DNA of 42,705 nucleotides from Catalimonadaceae bacterium. Its GTDB lineage: Bacteria; Bacteroidota; Bacteroidia; Cytophagales; Flexibacteraceae. The notes under the pieces were generated by a model. The model saw nothing but the letters and a program-made list of their open reading frames with translations, made no database searches and was not told where the DNA came from. The position numbers were made by a program, and so were the translations under genes. Positions 35,028 through 42,705 of the stretch are shown one piece after another. Location: contig JBIPNA010000001.1 in the NCBI GenBank assembly GCA_044375665.1, forward strand, positions 1 through 42,705, in the 5' to 3' direction. The stretch's first letter is position 1, and every line of letters starts with the position of its first letter.

Positions 35028-36209
35028 GTGAATTTAGAGTCCCGAAACAATAGGATCCAAAGCATAGACCTGCTTCGAGGTCTTGTAATGCTTCTGATGA
35101 TGCTTGACCATGCCCGGGACTTCCTGTATTTTGGGTCTGTTTCAGAAGGCATTGATCCATTTGATCCCAACAAAAGCCATTGGGGCTTGTATGTTACCCG
35201 TTGGGTAACCCACCTATGTGCTCCAACTTTTGTTTTTCTGGCGGGGGTGTCCATCTCCATTCAAAAAGACAATGACAAAAAAGGGCTTCCGTTTTTTTTA
35301 TTCACAAGGGGGCTTTGGCTTCTATTCCTCGAAATAACCCTTATAAATTTTGCATGGACATTCCTCCCGCCTTTCCAGGTTGTTTTTATTCAGGTCATTG
35401 GAGCCATCGGGCTTTCTATGATGGGCATGTCTCTGCTCATTCTCTTTCCCAGAATGGTCGCAGGAATTGCCGGAATTGGATACTTACTGGTCCAGCATTT
35501 CTTAATTGGAACATTTTCCGCTGTTGAAATTGATTATCCCTGGTTTGAAGTCCTTACTTTCAGAGGAGGCATGGTAAAGGGGTTGACCTTTGATTTTTTT
35601 GTTCCGTATCCCTTTTTGCCCTGGCTGGCCATTATGTCGTTGGGGTTCGCGTTAGGGAGTTTTTTCTCCAATAGCCCAAATCGAAAGTCGGGAAAATCTA
35701 TTGCTATTTATGGTCTTGCAGGGCTTGGTCTTTTTGGGGGTCTCCGGATCTGGAATGTTTATGGTGATCGGTTTCCTTGGTCCGCTACCCCTTTTACAAG
35801 AAACTTCTGGTTTGAATTCTGGGATGTTTCCAAGTATCCACCCTCGCTTCAATATATTCTGGCTACTTTAGGAATATCGGCCATTCTTTTCTGGTGTCTC
35901 GACCGGTGGGCAACCGGCACCTTAAAGAAAATGCTTCTGACCTTTGGGCGGGTGCCTATGTTTTTTTACGTATTGCACCTTTTTACTGTCCACCTGGTTG
36001 CGGTGGGTCTTTTTTTAATCGAAGGCATGCCTCTTTCAGACCTCGGCAAAGCAGACACTCCTTTTGGAATTCCTTCTGGCTATGGCTATGGCCTGCCAAT
36101 GCTCTATGTCATCTGGCTGGTTTTAATTGTAGTTACCTACTTCCCTTGCAGATGGTTTGAAAATGTTAAGGCAAAAAATAAAGGACAATGGTGGGTAAGC
36201 TACACATAG
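35028..36209 (+). CDS. DUF1624 / heparan-alpha-glucosaminide N-acetyltransferase-like membrane acyltransferase
   Basis: The N-terminal motif is RIQSIDLLRGLVMLLMMLDHARDF, and the protein is polytopic and hydrophobic. A GTG start at 35028 is required to retain the conserved N-terminus. Confidence 0.8.
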   Translation: MNLESRNNRIQSIDLLRGLVMLLMMLDHARDFLYFGSVSEGIDPFDPNKSHWGLYVTRWVTHLCAPTFVFLAGVSISIQKDNDKKGLPFFLFTRGLWLLFLEITLINFAWTFLPPFQVVFIQVIGAIGLSMMGMSLLILFPRMVAGIAGIGYLLVQHFLIGTFSAVEIDYPWFEVLTFRGGMVKGLTFDFFVPYPFLPWLAIMSLGFALGSFFSNSPNRKSGKSIAIYGLAGLGLFGGLRIWNVYGDRFPWSATPFTRNFWFEFWDVSKYPPSLQYILATLGISAILFWCLDRWATGTLKKMLLTFGRVPMFFYVLHLFTVHLVAVGLFLIEGMPLSDLGKADTPFGIPSGYGYGLPMLYVIWLVLIVVTYFPCRWFENVKAKNKGQWWVSYT

Positions 36210-36222
36210 CCCCGTATTAAGG

Positions 36223-36585
36223 CTATTCTTCAAAATCCACCAGATTCCAATCGGCTATTTCTTTCCATAAGTTGGCAGCCTGAACATGTGCAGGATGAAC
36301 CAAATAATTCTGGAGATCTGCCTTGCTTTCCAAAATTAAACACACTCCGTAATCAAAAGCGATAGGACGGGTTGAAAAATTTTCTCCTGCCCGCCAATCA
36401 CTGATAAAGCTGATTTTTTGAGGAAGTGTTTCGAGTGCTTCTACCGCTGTTTTATAGCGTTGATCTGTCTTTGTAATGCCTGGTTTTAATTTAAATAAAA
36501 CCAGGTGGGTAACCTGCTTTTGGCCGAATACCAGGATTGGTAAAAAACAAAAAGCAAAACCAATTAATAGTCTCATCATTTTCAT
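36223..36585 (-). CDS. Dabb (stress-responsive alpha/beta-barrel) family protein with an N-terminal signal peptide
   Basis: VTHLVLFKLKPG....D.....A.E.L..LP.KI..I.....G.N.S......FDYG......S..DL..Y..HP.H matches the Dabb pattern. The first 21 aa, MKMMRLLIGFAFCFLPILVFG, are hydrophobic. Confidence 0.75.
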   Translation of the reverse strand: MKMMRLLIGFAFCFLPILVFGQKQVTHLVLFKLKPGITKTDQRYKTAVEALETLPQKISFISDWRAGENFSTRPIAFDYGVCLILESKADLQNYLVHPAHVQAANLWKEIADWNLVDFEE

Positions 36586-36636
36586 CAGGAAAACTTGTTC
36601 TATACGCGAAAAATTCCGCTGGTTACATTCAGTTGC

Positions 36637-39093
36637 TCAAGGTACGATTTTATAAAATCTCAATATTTTAACCAATTCAATAAGGGCCACAGGGAAGAAA
36701 CCAACCAAAAAACACATAACCATCTGAGCCCCGGAAAGCCCGGCTAATCCAAAAAGAGATCTTGCTGGTTGCCAGGCCAAAAAGAGACCCATAAGTAAAA
36801 GGGTTCCAGCTAAAATGGACATCAAAATTGAATTGGGGCGAAAATAAGATTTCCAAAAAGGCAGATGGCCCGATCTGGCTGATAATGTCAGCCAAAGATT
36901 GGATGCCATTAAAGCGACGAAAAGGTGGGTCCTTTGTACCTCTTCGCCCAATTCATTTTTGAGGTAAAAAAAGACATAAGCCATTAACACCACAGCGATC
37001 AACACTCCCTGAAGGGAACTTCTGATCAATTCTTTCGACGACAAAAAAGAATCTTGTTTTACCCTGGGTGGTTGAAGCATATAATCAGGATCCGGGGGCT
37101 CGTTCTCAAATGCAATAGAGCAGGTCGGGCCCATGACCAATTCGAAAAAAATGACATGTAAAGGCCAAAATAAAGCCTCATCCCTCCAACCGATGATGAG
37201 CGGAAATGAGACTACAAGGATGAGCGGAATGTGGATGGTGATGATATAAGAGACTGCCTTTTTAAGATTCTGATACATTTGACGACCCAGGGCAATTGCA
37301 TGAACCATCCCTCCGAGATCATCTTCCATCAATATCAGAGACGCCGCCTGGCGGGCAACTTCTGTCCCCCTTTTTCCCATCGCTACACCTATGTGGGCAG
37401 CTTTTAGAGCCGGGCCATCGTTTACCCCATCACCGGTCATTGCCACAACTTCTCCATCTTGTTTTAAAGCTTCAACCAATTTTAGCTTGGCCTCGGGGAA
37501 CATACGGGCAAACACAAAGATTCCTTTGATTTTCATCTTCAGATCTTCTTTCGACAATTCCAGAACCTCACTACCGGTCATCCAATTTTTTGATTGGGGA
37601 ATTCCAACCTGGCTGGCAATAGCCACAGCTGTTTCAGGAGAATCTCCGGTTACCATCCGAACCTGAATTCCTGCTCTCAGAAACTGATCCACGACATGAT
37701 GCGCATTGGGTTTTGGTGGGTTTTGAAGCACCAGCAAGCCAAGAAATTGCCAACTAAATTCTTGCTGAGATGAAGGAAACGGTTCACTGCCGACGAAGGC
37801 CTGAGCGACAGCTAAAATCCTGTAGCCCTTTTCGGCCCAATCTGAAGCAATGCCCTTCCAAAACAACTGAACCTCCGGATCAACTTTCGCTGCTGAAAGT
37901 ACAGTTTCGATACCACCTTTTCCAGCTGCAAGATTTCCTTGGGGTGTTTGAAAAATATGGGTCATCATTGGAGGCTTCCCTTCAAGCGGATATTCAAAAA
38001 CCATTGGAGGCCGAACAGTACCCGAAGCCATTCTTCTGATGGCTTTCTCCATTTCATTGAAAGGTTTCTCTTCTGAAGCCAATTGAGCAATGCGAACCAA
38101 CAACGCCAGCTCTTCCGGCAAAGGCTCTCCGGAAGGTATTGCTGCTTCGCAAGTGGGCCCGATGATGCGAACAACTTCCATTCCCTTTTGGGTTAAGGTT
38201 CCTGTTTTATCTGTACAAATTACTGTTGCCGCACCAAGGCTTTCTACGGTTTGGGGTTCTCTGGTAAGGACTCCAAAACGCCCCATTTTCACTGCCCCAA
38301 GTGCCATAAAACTGGCAAATGCGACTGGAATTTCTTCAGGTATCAATGCCATGGCAATGGTCAATCCCTGAAGAAGGGAGGTCAAAATCTCATGACTTCG
38401 GTAGTATTGAACCCCGAGAAGGAGCAAAAAAGCCAGGAATCCAATGGTGGCCATTCTGCTTACAAACCGCTCTACCTGAAGCTGGAGTATGGTTTTTTCT
38501 TTTTGAATGCTCGTCAGACTTTTTCCGATTCTTCCCCAGGCTGTCCTGATTCCGGTTTTCTCTACATAGAATTCCAATGAGCCCGAAACCAATAAAGTTC
38601 CCGCAGAAATAGCATCGCCATTGCTCTTCAGGACCGGAGCGGATTCTCCTGTGAGCACATCCTCATTTACTGCAACATCATGGCCAGTAACCAAAAATCC
38701 ATCTGCAGGTATCCTCAATCCTTCCTCCAGACCAACCAGGTCACCGGGCACCAAAAACTCAGAGTTAATGGTTTGCCACGACCCATCACGATGAACCTGA
38801 ACCTTACTTTGAGCGACTTTCTTTAAGGCTTTTAAAGCATTGTCACTTCGAAGCGTTTGAAATAATGAAATGGAAGCAACAAAAAGGAGCGCAACGAGGA
38901 GCAAAACCCCTTCCTGCCATTGATTTAAAACGAGGTAAAGCAGCGCTGCAGCCAGAAGCAACAAAACCATGGGTTCCTGGATAACTTCTAAAATCCGCCT
39001 GACCCAATGTCTTCCCTGATCATCTGGAAGGGAATTGGGGCCAAACTGCTTTAGCAAATCCTCTGCTTCTTTTTGGGAAAGTCCGCTTTTCAA
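36637..39093 (-). CDS. Cation-transporting P-type ATPase (P2-type, Ca2+/Mg2+-like)
   Basis: The phosphorylation motif is ICTDKTGTLT and the hinge is MTGDGVNDGPALKAAHIGVAMG. The N-terminal GLSQKEAEDLLKQFGPNSLP is also conserved. TTG 39093 is the only usable start after the in-frame TAA. Confidence 0.9.
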   Translation of the reverse strand: MKSGLSQKEAEDLLKQFGPNSLPDDQGRHWVRRILEVIQEPMVLLLLAAALLYLVLNQWQEGVLLLVALLFVASISLFQTLRSDNALKALKKVAQSKVQVHRDGSWQTINSEFLVPGDLVGLEEGLRIPADGFLVTGHDVAVNEDVLTGESAPVLKSNGDAISAGTLLVSGSLEFYVEKTGIRTAWGRIGKSLTSIQKEKTILQLQVERFVSRMATIGFLAFLLLLGVQYYRSHEILTSLLQGLTIAMALIPEEIPVAFASFMALGAVKMGRFGVLTREPQTVESLGAATVICTDKTGTLTQKGMEVVRIIGPTCEAAIPSGEPLPEELALLVRIAQLASEEKPFNEMEKAIRRMASGTVRPPMVFEYPLEGKPPMMTHIFQTPQGNLAAGKGGIETVLSAAKVDPEVQLFWKGIASDWAEKGYRILAVAQAFVGSEPFPSSQQEFSWQFLGLLVLQNPPKPNAHHVVDQFLRAGIQVRMVTGDSPETAVAIASQVGIPQSKNWMTGSEVLELSKEDLKMKIKGIFVFARMFPEAKLKLVEALKQDGEVVAMTGDGVNDGPALKAAHIGVAMGKRGTEVARQAASLILMEDDLGGMVHAIALGRQMYQNLKKAVSYIITIHIPLILVVSFPLIIGWRDEALFWPLHVIFFELVMGPTCSIAFENEPPDPDYMLQPPRVKQDSFLSSKELIRSSLQGVLIAVVLMAYVFFYLKNELGEEVQRTHLFVALMASNLWLTLSARSGHLPFWKSYFRPNSILMSILAGTLLLMGLFLAWQPARSLFGLAGLSGAQMVMCFLVGFFPVALIELVKILRFYKIVP

Positions 39094-39179
39094 CTGAGAT
39101 AAATAAAATTACCTGTTCAAGATGGCATAAATTGTTCTAAACAACCTTGTTAAAAAAATTTATCTTTTGTCCTCCTAAC

Positions 39180-41510
39180 TTATTGTACCCTTAGTTCGAC
39201 ACTTTGTAAGTCGATACTGCTTTTACCTACCTGAACCGAAAAATTACCAGGCTCCAGAACCTTCCGGTTGTCCGGCCCATAATAGGAAAGCTTTTCAGAA
39301 GTAATTTTAAATTCAACTGTTTTTGTCTCCCCTGGCTTTAATGTAACCCTGGCAAAATCCTTGAGTTCTTTTACCGGGCGTGTAAGACCGGAAACAAGAT
39401 CTCTGATATACAATTGAACAATTTCATCACCTTCCACCTGACCCTTATTGGCAACCTCAATGGCCAATACCGTTGACTCTTCTTTTCCTATTTGGGACTT
39501 TGAAAGAAGAGGTTTCCCGTAAGAAAATTGGGTATAGCTCAAACCGAAACCAAATGGGAAAAGTGCCGAGGTTGAATCAAAATGATAGTTTCTCCGACTA
39601 CTGGGCTTGTAATTGTAAAAACATGGAATGTGACCGACTGATCTGGGAATGGAAATGGTTAGCTTTCCTGAAGGGTTATTTTCGCCCAAAATGGTCTCGG
39701 CGAAAGCTGTTCCACCTTCCTGGCCCAAATACCAGCACTGCATCAAAGTAGAAACTTTGTTACTAAGAGATCTGATTGATAACGGAGGTCCGCTAAAAAC
39801 ACCAGCCACAATCGGTTTGCCGGTATTCATTATGGAATCAACCAATTCGTTTTGATTTGAAAGCAAATCAAGATCTGTTAAGTCGCCGGCATGGCCAGGG
39901 GCCCAGGCCTCCCGGCTCGTGGCCTCATTTCCACCCAGACACAATATCACCAAATCAGCCTGTCGGGCAACTTCAACCGCTTCTTTGATTCGTTTTCGGT
40001 TTTCTGCCGGGCTGGAAAGTTTAACCTCATCGTCAAACCAATCCCCGGAATCGTTGATTCGAACACCTTCTGCAAACAATAATTCGACCTTTCCAGCAAG
40101 TTTTTCTTTCAGTCCTTCCAAAGGTGAAATGCATTGTCTTGGCCTATCGGCATAGCCTCCAAGCACACAGCGGGCGGCATTGGGCCCGATCAAGGCAATT
40201 TTTTTGTATTTTGAGAGGTTCAATGGAAGCAGGTTTTGGTCGTTCTTTAAAAGCACAATCGATTGCCTCGCGGCTTTAAGAGCCAATTGCCGCATTTCCT
40301 TATTTCCAACTCTTTTGTCCGCCAATTCAGGATCTACAAATGGCTTTTCGAATAATCCCATACTGAATTTCAAACGCAGGATTCTGGCCACCGTTGAATC
40401 CAGGTCAGCCATTGGAATTTTTCCGGTCTTAACCAGACCAGCCAATTTTGGATAAGCCCATGGGTCCGGGGTTTCAATATCTATACCAGCCTGAAAAGCT
40501 TTTAAAGCAGTAAGGGATGAATCGCCACTAACCTGATGAAGTGTCTGTATTTGCTGAATCCCTTCATAGTCACTAACAATTAATCCCTTAAAACCCCATT
40601 CTTTTCGAAGTATGTCACGAAGCAATCGGGTACTGGCATGGACTGGTAAGCCATTTAGTTCATTATAACAAGGCATTACACCCCATGCCTTTCCCTCTTT
40701 GATGCAGGCTTCAAAACCAGGAAGGAAATATTCCCGCATAGTTCGCTCGTCCATGCTTACCGGACCCACATTGATACCTCCTTCTGGTTGTCCGTGAACG
40801 CCAAAGTGCTTCAGGGTAGCAGCCACCTTGGTTGGCCCAAAAACAGGGCCCTCTCCCTGATAAGCCCGAATCTGGACCAAACCCAATCTGGAGATCAGGT
40901 ATGGATCTTCTCCCATGGTTTCTTCTGTCCTTCCCCACCTCGGATCACGTGCCACATCTAAAACCGGCGCCAAAACATGGTGCCCCCCACGAAGCCGGAC
41001 TTCCTCTGCAATTTTGGAGTATACCTCCCCATATAACTGCTCATTCCAGGAGGAACTCATCCCCAAAGGGGAAGGGAAATGGGTGGATTGGAAAGCCTGA
41101 TTCCCATGCAGAGATTCTTCGTGAAACATTACTGGAATAGCCAGCCGGGTATTCTCTAATACCCATTTTTGCAACGCATTTGCATATTCTGCTGTTGCTT
41201 TTGCTGACCTGCTGTCTTTGTTCTTCACTTCATTTGGCCGGGCAACCTGACCAATTCCATGTTTAAGAATGCCTGTGGAAGCCGCCTTTTCAGGAGAAAA
41301 TTTCTTGTCCTCATCCAGCATCTTCTTCTTTTGGTTCCAGATGCAAAGTGTTTGTGCCACTTTTTCTTCCAGCGTCATCCGACTCAACAAGTCCTGGATA
41401 CGGACTTCAATTGGCATAGTCTCATTTTTATAAATTGGTTTAGGTTTTTGAGCAAAGGATGAGAAAATAGCGCCAATAACTAGCGGAACAACAAATGGAA
41501 ATAATCTCAT
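39180..41510 (-). CDS. bglX: Glycoside hydrolase family 3 beta-glucosidase (BglX-like), secreted
   Basis: Matches are LTLEEKVAQ, VLDVARDPRWGRTEETMGEDPYL, and GLIVSDYEGI (the catalytic Asp context). There is a C-terminal FnIII-like domain. The start was moved to ATG 41510 (MRLFPFVVPLVIGAIFSSFAQ). Confidence 0.9.
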   Translation of the reverse strand: MRLFPFVVPLVIGAIFSSFAQKPKPIYKNETMPIEVRIQDLLSRMTLEEKVAQTLCIWNQKKKMLDEDKKFSPEKAASTGILKHGIGQVARPNEVKNKDSRSAKATAEYANALQKWVLENTRLAIPVMFHEESLHGNQAFQSTHFPSPLGMSSSWNEQLYGEVYSKIAEEVRLRGGHHVLAPVLDVARDPRWGRTEETMGEDPYLISRLGLVQIRAYQGEGPVFGPTKVAATLKHFGVHGQPEGGINVGPVSMDERTMREYFLPGFEACIKEGKAWGVMPCYNELNGLPVHASTRLLRDILRKEWGFKGLIVSDYEGIQQIQTLHQVSGDSSLTALKAFQAGIDIETPDPWAYPKLAGLVKTGKIPMADLDSTVARILRLKFSMGLFEKPFVDPELADKRVGNKEMRQLALKAARQSIVLLKNDQNLLPLNLSKYKKIALIGPNAARCVLGGYADRPRQCISPLEGLKEKLAGKVELLFAEGVRINDSGDWFDDEVKLSSPAENRKRIKEAVEVARQADLVILCLGGNEATSREAWAPGHAGDLTDLDLLSNQNELVDSIMNTGKPIVAGVFSGPPLSIRSLSNKVSTLMQCWYLGQEGGTAFAETILGENNPSGKLTISIPRSVGHIPCFYNYKPSSRRNYHFDSTSALFPFGFGLSYTQFSYGKPLLSKSQIGKEESTVLAIEVANKGQVEGDEIVQLYIRDLVSGLTRPVKELKDFARVTLKPGETKTVEFKITSEKLSYYGPDNRKVLEPGNFSVQVGKSSIDLQSVELRVQ

Positions 41511-41592
41511 GTTAAAGTTTTGGTTGGCTGGCAATTTGGCCCCTTCAAGGGTAATTTCCCAAAACCAAACTCAGTAATGCCATATTTGCCCT

Positions 41593-42459
41593 ATGATACT
41601 GTGGTCAAAAGGTAAGAGCTTCATGCTGGCCTCTACGTTTTTTTACGCCATCCTGAATCTCTGTGTAAAGGAGCTATCATACATTCCAGCGCTGGAATTG
41701 ATTTTTTTCAGATCGGCTATTTCATTTATTATTTGCTCTTTAGGGATATGGAGGGCTGGCGTTTACTTCTTTGGGACCCAACACTCCTGGCTCATCATCC
41801 GAGGTATTGCAGGAATAATGGCTTTATGGCTCTACTTTAGTTCCATACAAAAAATGCCACTGGCATCGGCTGTTGCCATTCAATATACCAGCCCTGTTTT
41901 TACCGCTCTGTTTGCTACCTTTTTGCTCTCCGAAAAAATGAGCGTTTGGAAGTGGTTGTTTTTTCTTTTGTCCATGGCCGGGGTGTTTTTAATCAAAGGA
42001 GTCGATTCCCGAATTCCCCTTCCCTACGTGGGGCTCGGCCTGGCATCGGCAATTTTTTCTGGAATAGCCTATAATGCTGTTCGAAAGCTGAACCAGACCG
42101 AACATCCATTGGTCATTATTCTATATTTTCCTTTGGTGGCATTACCCATTTCAGGCATTTATTCTGCATTAAATTGGGTGAGTCCAAAAGGATGGGACTG
42201 GGCACTTGCCATCCTGATGGGAATTTGTACGCAAGCTGGTCAATACTGCATGACCCGGGCCATTCAACTTGAGCGTTTGCAACAAGTTACTTTCTTAAAT
42301 TATACAGGCATTCTGCTTGCACTTGGGCTAGGATTTGCTTTTTATGGAGAAGTTTTTGATTGGATTTCTTTGATGGGTATGGCCTTTGTATCTGCAGGGA
42401 TTTTTCTGAATCTCATTGATCGCACTTACCTAAACCGGAATCGATCTCAACCTGAATAA
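41593..42459 (+). CDS. DMT-superfamily (EamA-like) transporter
   Basis: 288 aa with about 10 hydrophobic helices in two similar halves. It starts with ATG. Confidence 0.8.
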   Translation: MILWSKGKSFMLASTFFYAILNLCVKELSYIPALELIFFRSAISFIICSLGIWRAGVYFFGTQHSWLIIRGIAGIMALWLYFSSIQKMPLASAVAIQYTSPVFTALFATFLLSEKMSVWKWLFFLLSMAGVFLIKGVDSRIPLPYVGLGLASAIFSGIAYNAVRKLNQTEHPLVIILYFPLVALPISGIYSALNWVSPKGWDWALAILMGICTQAGQYCMTRAIQLERLQQVTFLNYTGILLALGLGFAFYGEVFDWISLMGMAFVSAGIFLNLIDRTYLNRNRSQPE

Positions 42460-42477
42460 TTTGGATGTTCAACCAGT

Positions 42478-42514
42478 CAGGCCCAGGCATTTTGAAGCCG
42501 GCGCCTGCGTTTTA
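42478..42514 (+). terminator. Candidate terminator after the EamA gene
   Basis: caggc (42478-42482) pairs with gcctg (42503-42507). An inner ggc/gcc stem surrounds an 8-nt loop. The hairpin is followed by cgttttaatttt. Confidence 0.35.
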
Positions 42515-42517
42515 ATT

Positions 42518-42705
42518 TTATTTAGATTTCATCTTTTCGAGGAAAACCAGATAGTCTTCAAAAGATTTAAGAATCTGGAATTCAGGCTGACTATCCGCCC
42601 TTGCGGCATCAAGAAAACCGAGTTTCATCGCATCCTTCAATGCATTTAATGACGCAACTGAATCGTGCTGAGAGGCCAGAAAGACTGCCCTTAAATAGGC
42701 TTGCT
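42518..42705 (-). CDS. C-terminal fragment of an unidentified protein (start lies beyond the window end)
   Basis: Not in the track. The reverse frame is open from the window edge to TAA at 42520-42518 and reads ...QAYLRAVFLASQHDSVASLNALKDAMKLGFLDAARADSQPEFQILKSFEDYLVFLEKMKSK*. It looks helical and more protein-like than the opposite-strand 62-aa ORF. Confidence 0.35.
   Translation of the reverse strand, partial: QAYLRAVFLASQHDSVASLNALKDAMKLGFLDAARADSQPEFQILKSFEDYLVFLEKMKSK

Noticed and set aside
42461-42649. 62-aa plus-strand ORF after the EamA gene.
   Set aside because: Its start is non-ATG, and it overlaps a hairpin/terminator candidate. The opposite strand carries a longer-looking open frame that reaches the window edge and has a more protein-like helical sequence.
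1-42705. Search by eye for tRNA/rRNA genes, CRISPR arrays, IS elements or transposases, integrases, reverse transcriptase (DGR), toxin-antitoxin pairs, and restriction or other known defence genes.
   Set aside because: I found no T-loop-containing cloverleaf candidates in the intergenic gaps. There is no spaced direct-repeat array and no terminal inverted repeats. No protein carries the corresponding catalytic motifs. The repeats present are in-frame protein-domain repeats.

Overview
Densely packed chromosomal segment that reads as Bacteroidota. The evidence is T9SS type-A and type-B C-terminal sorting domains, a PorP/SprF gene, DUF4861-, DUF1573- and DUF1624-like families, many lipoprotein or signal-peptide N-termini, and several forced non-ATG starts. 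I support about 31 protein-coding genes. By eye there is no rRNA, tRNA, CRISPR array, transposase, integrase or phage gene.

Three giant repetitive surface proteins dominate the window:
- 1-3203 (minus strand), which runs off the edge and is missing from the supplied ORF track.
- 3240-7571, an alternating GEVED/PKD protein with a type-A sorting domain.
- 24013-29469, a PKD-rich protein with a type-B sorting domain, followed directly by its PorP/SprF partner.

The remaining genes are housekeeping or accessory:
- a Cys/Met PLP enzyme, a SprT-like protease, and a glutaryl-CoA dehydrogenase
- an ECF sigma factor with an unusual partner
- a type III PKS packed in one strand-run with DUF4861, GH42 and an NTF2-like gene
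- a GH3 beta-glucosidase, a P-type ATPase, an MBL hydrolase, and DMT and DUF1624 membrane proteins

No clearly new system is proven. The two best candidates for undescribed biology are:
1. The ECF sigma factor translationally coupled to a protein that combines an inner-membrane anchor, a long disordered linker and a C-terminal beta-barrel-like domain (12858-14908).
2. The type III PKS with an orphan upstream ORF, lying 3 nt from secreted glycan-processing-type genes and lacking any canonical tailoring enzyme (16149-22227).

All family calls come from motif recognition by eye. No database search was run.
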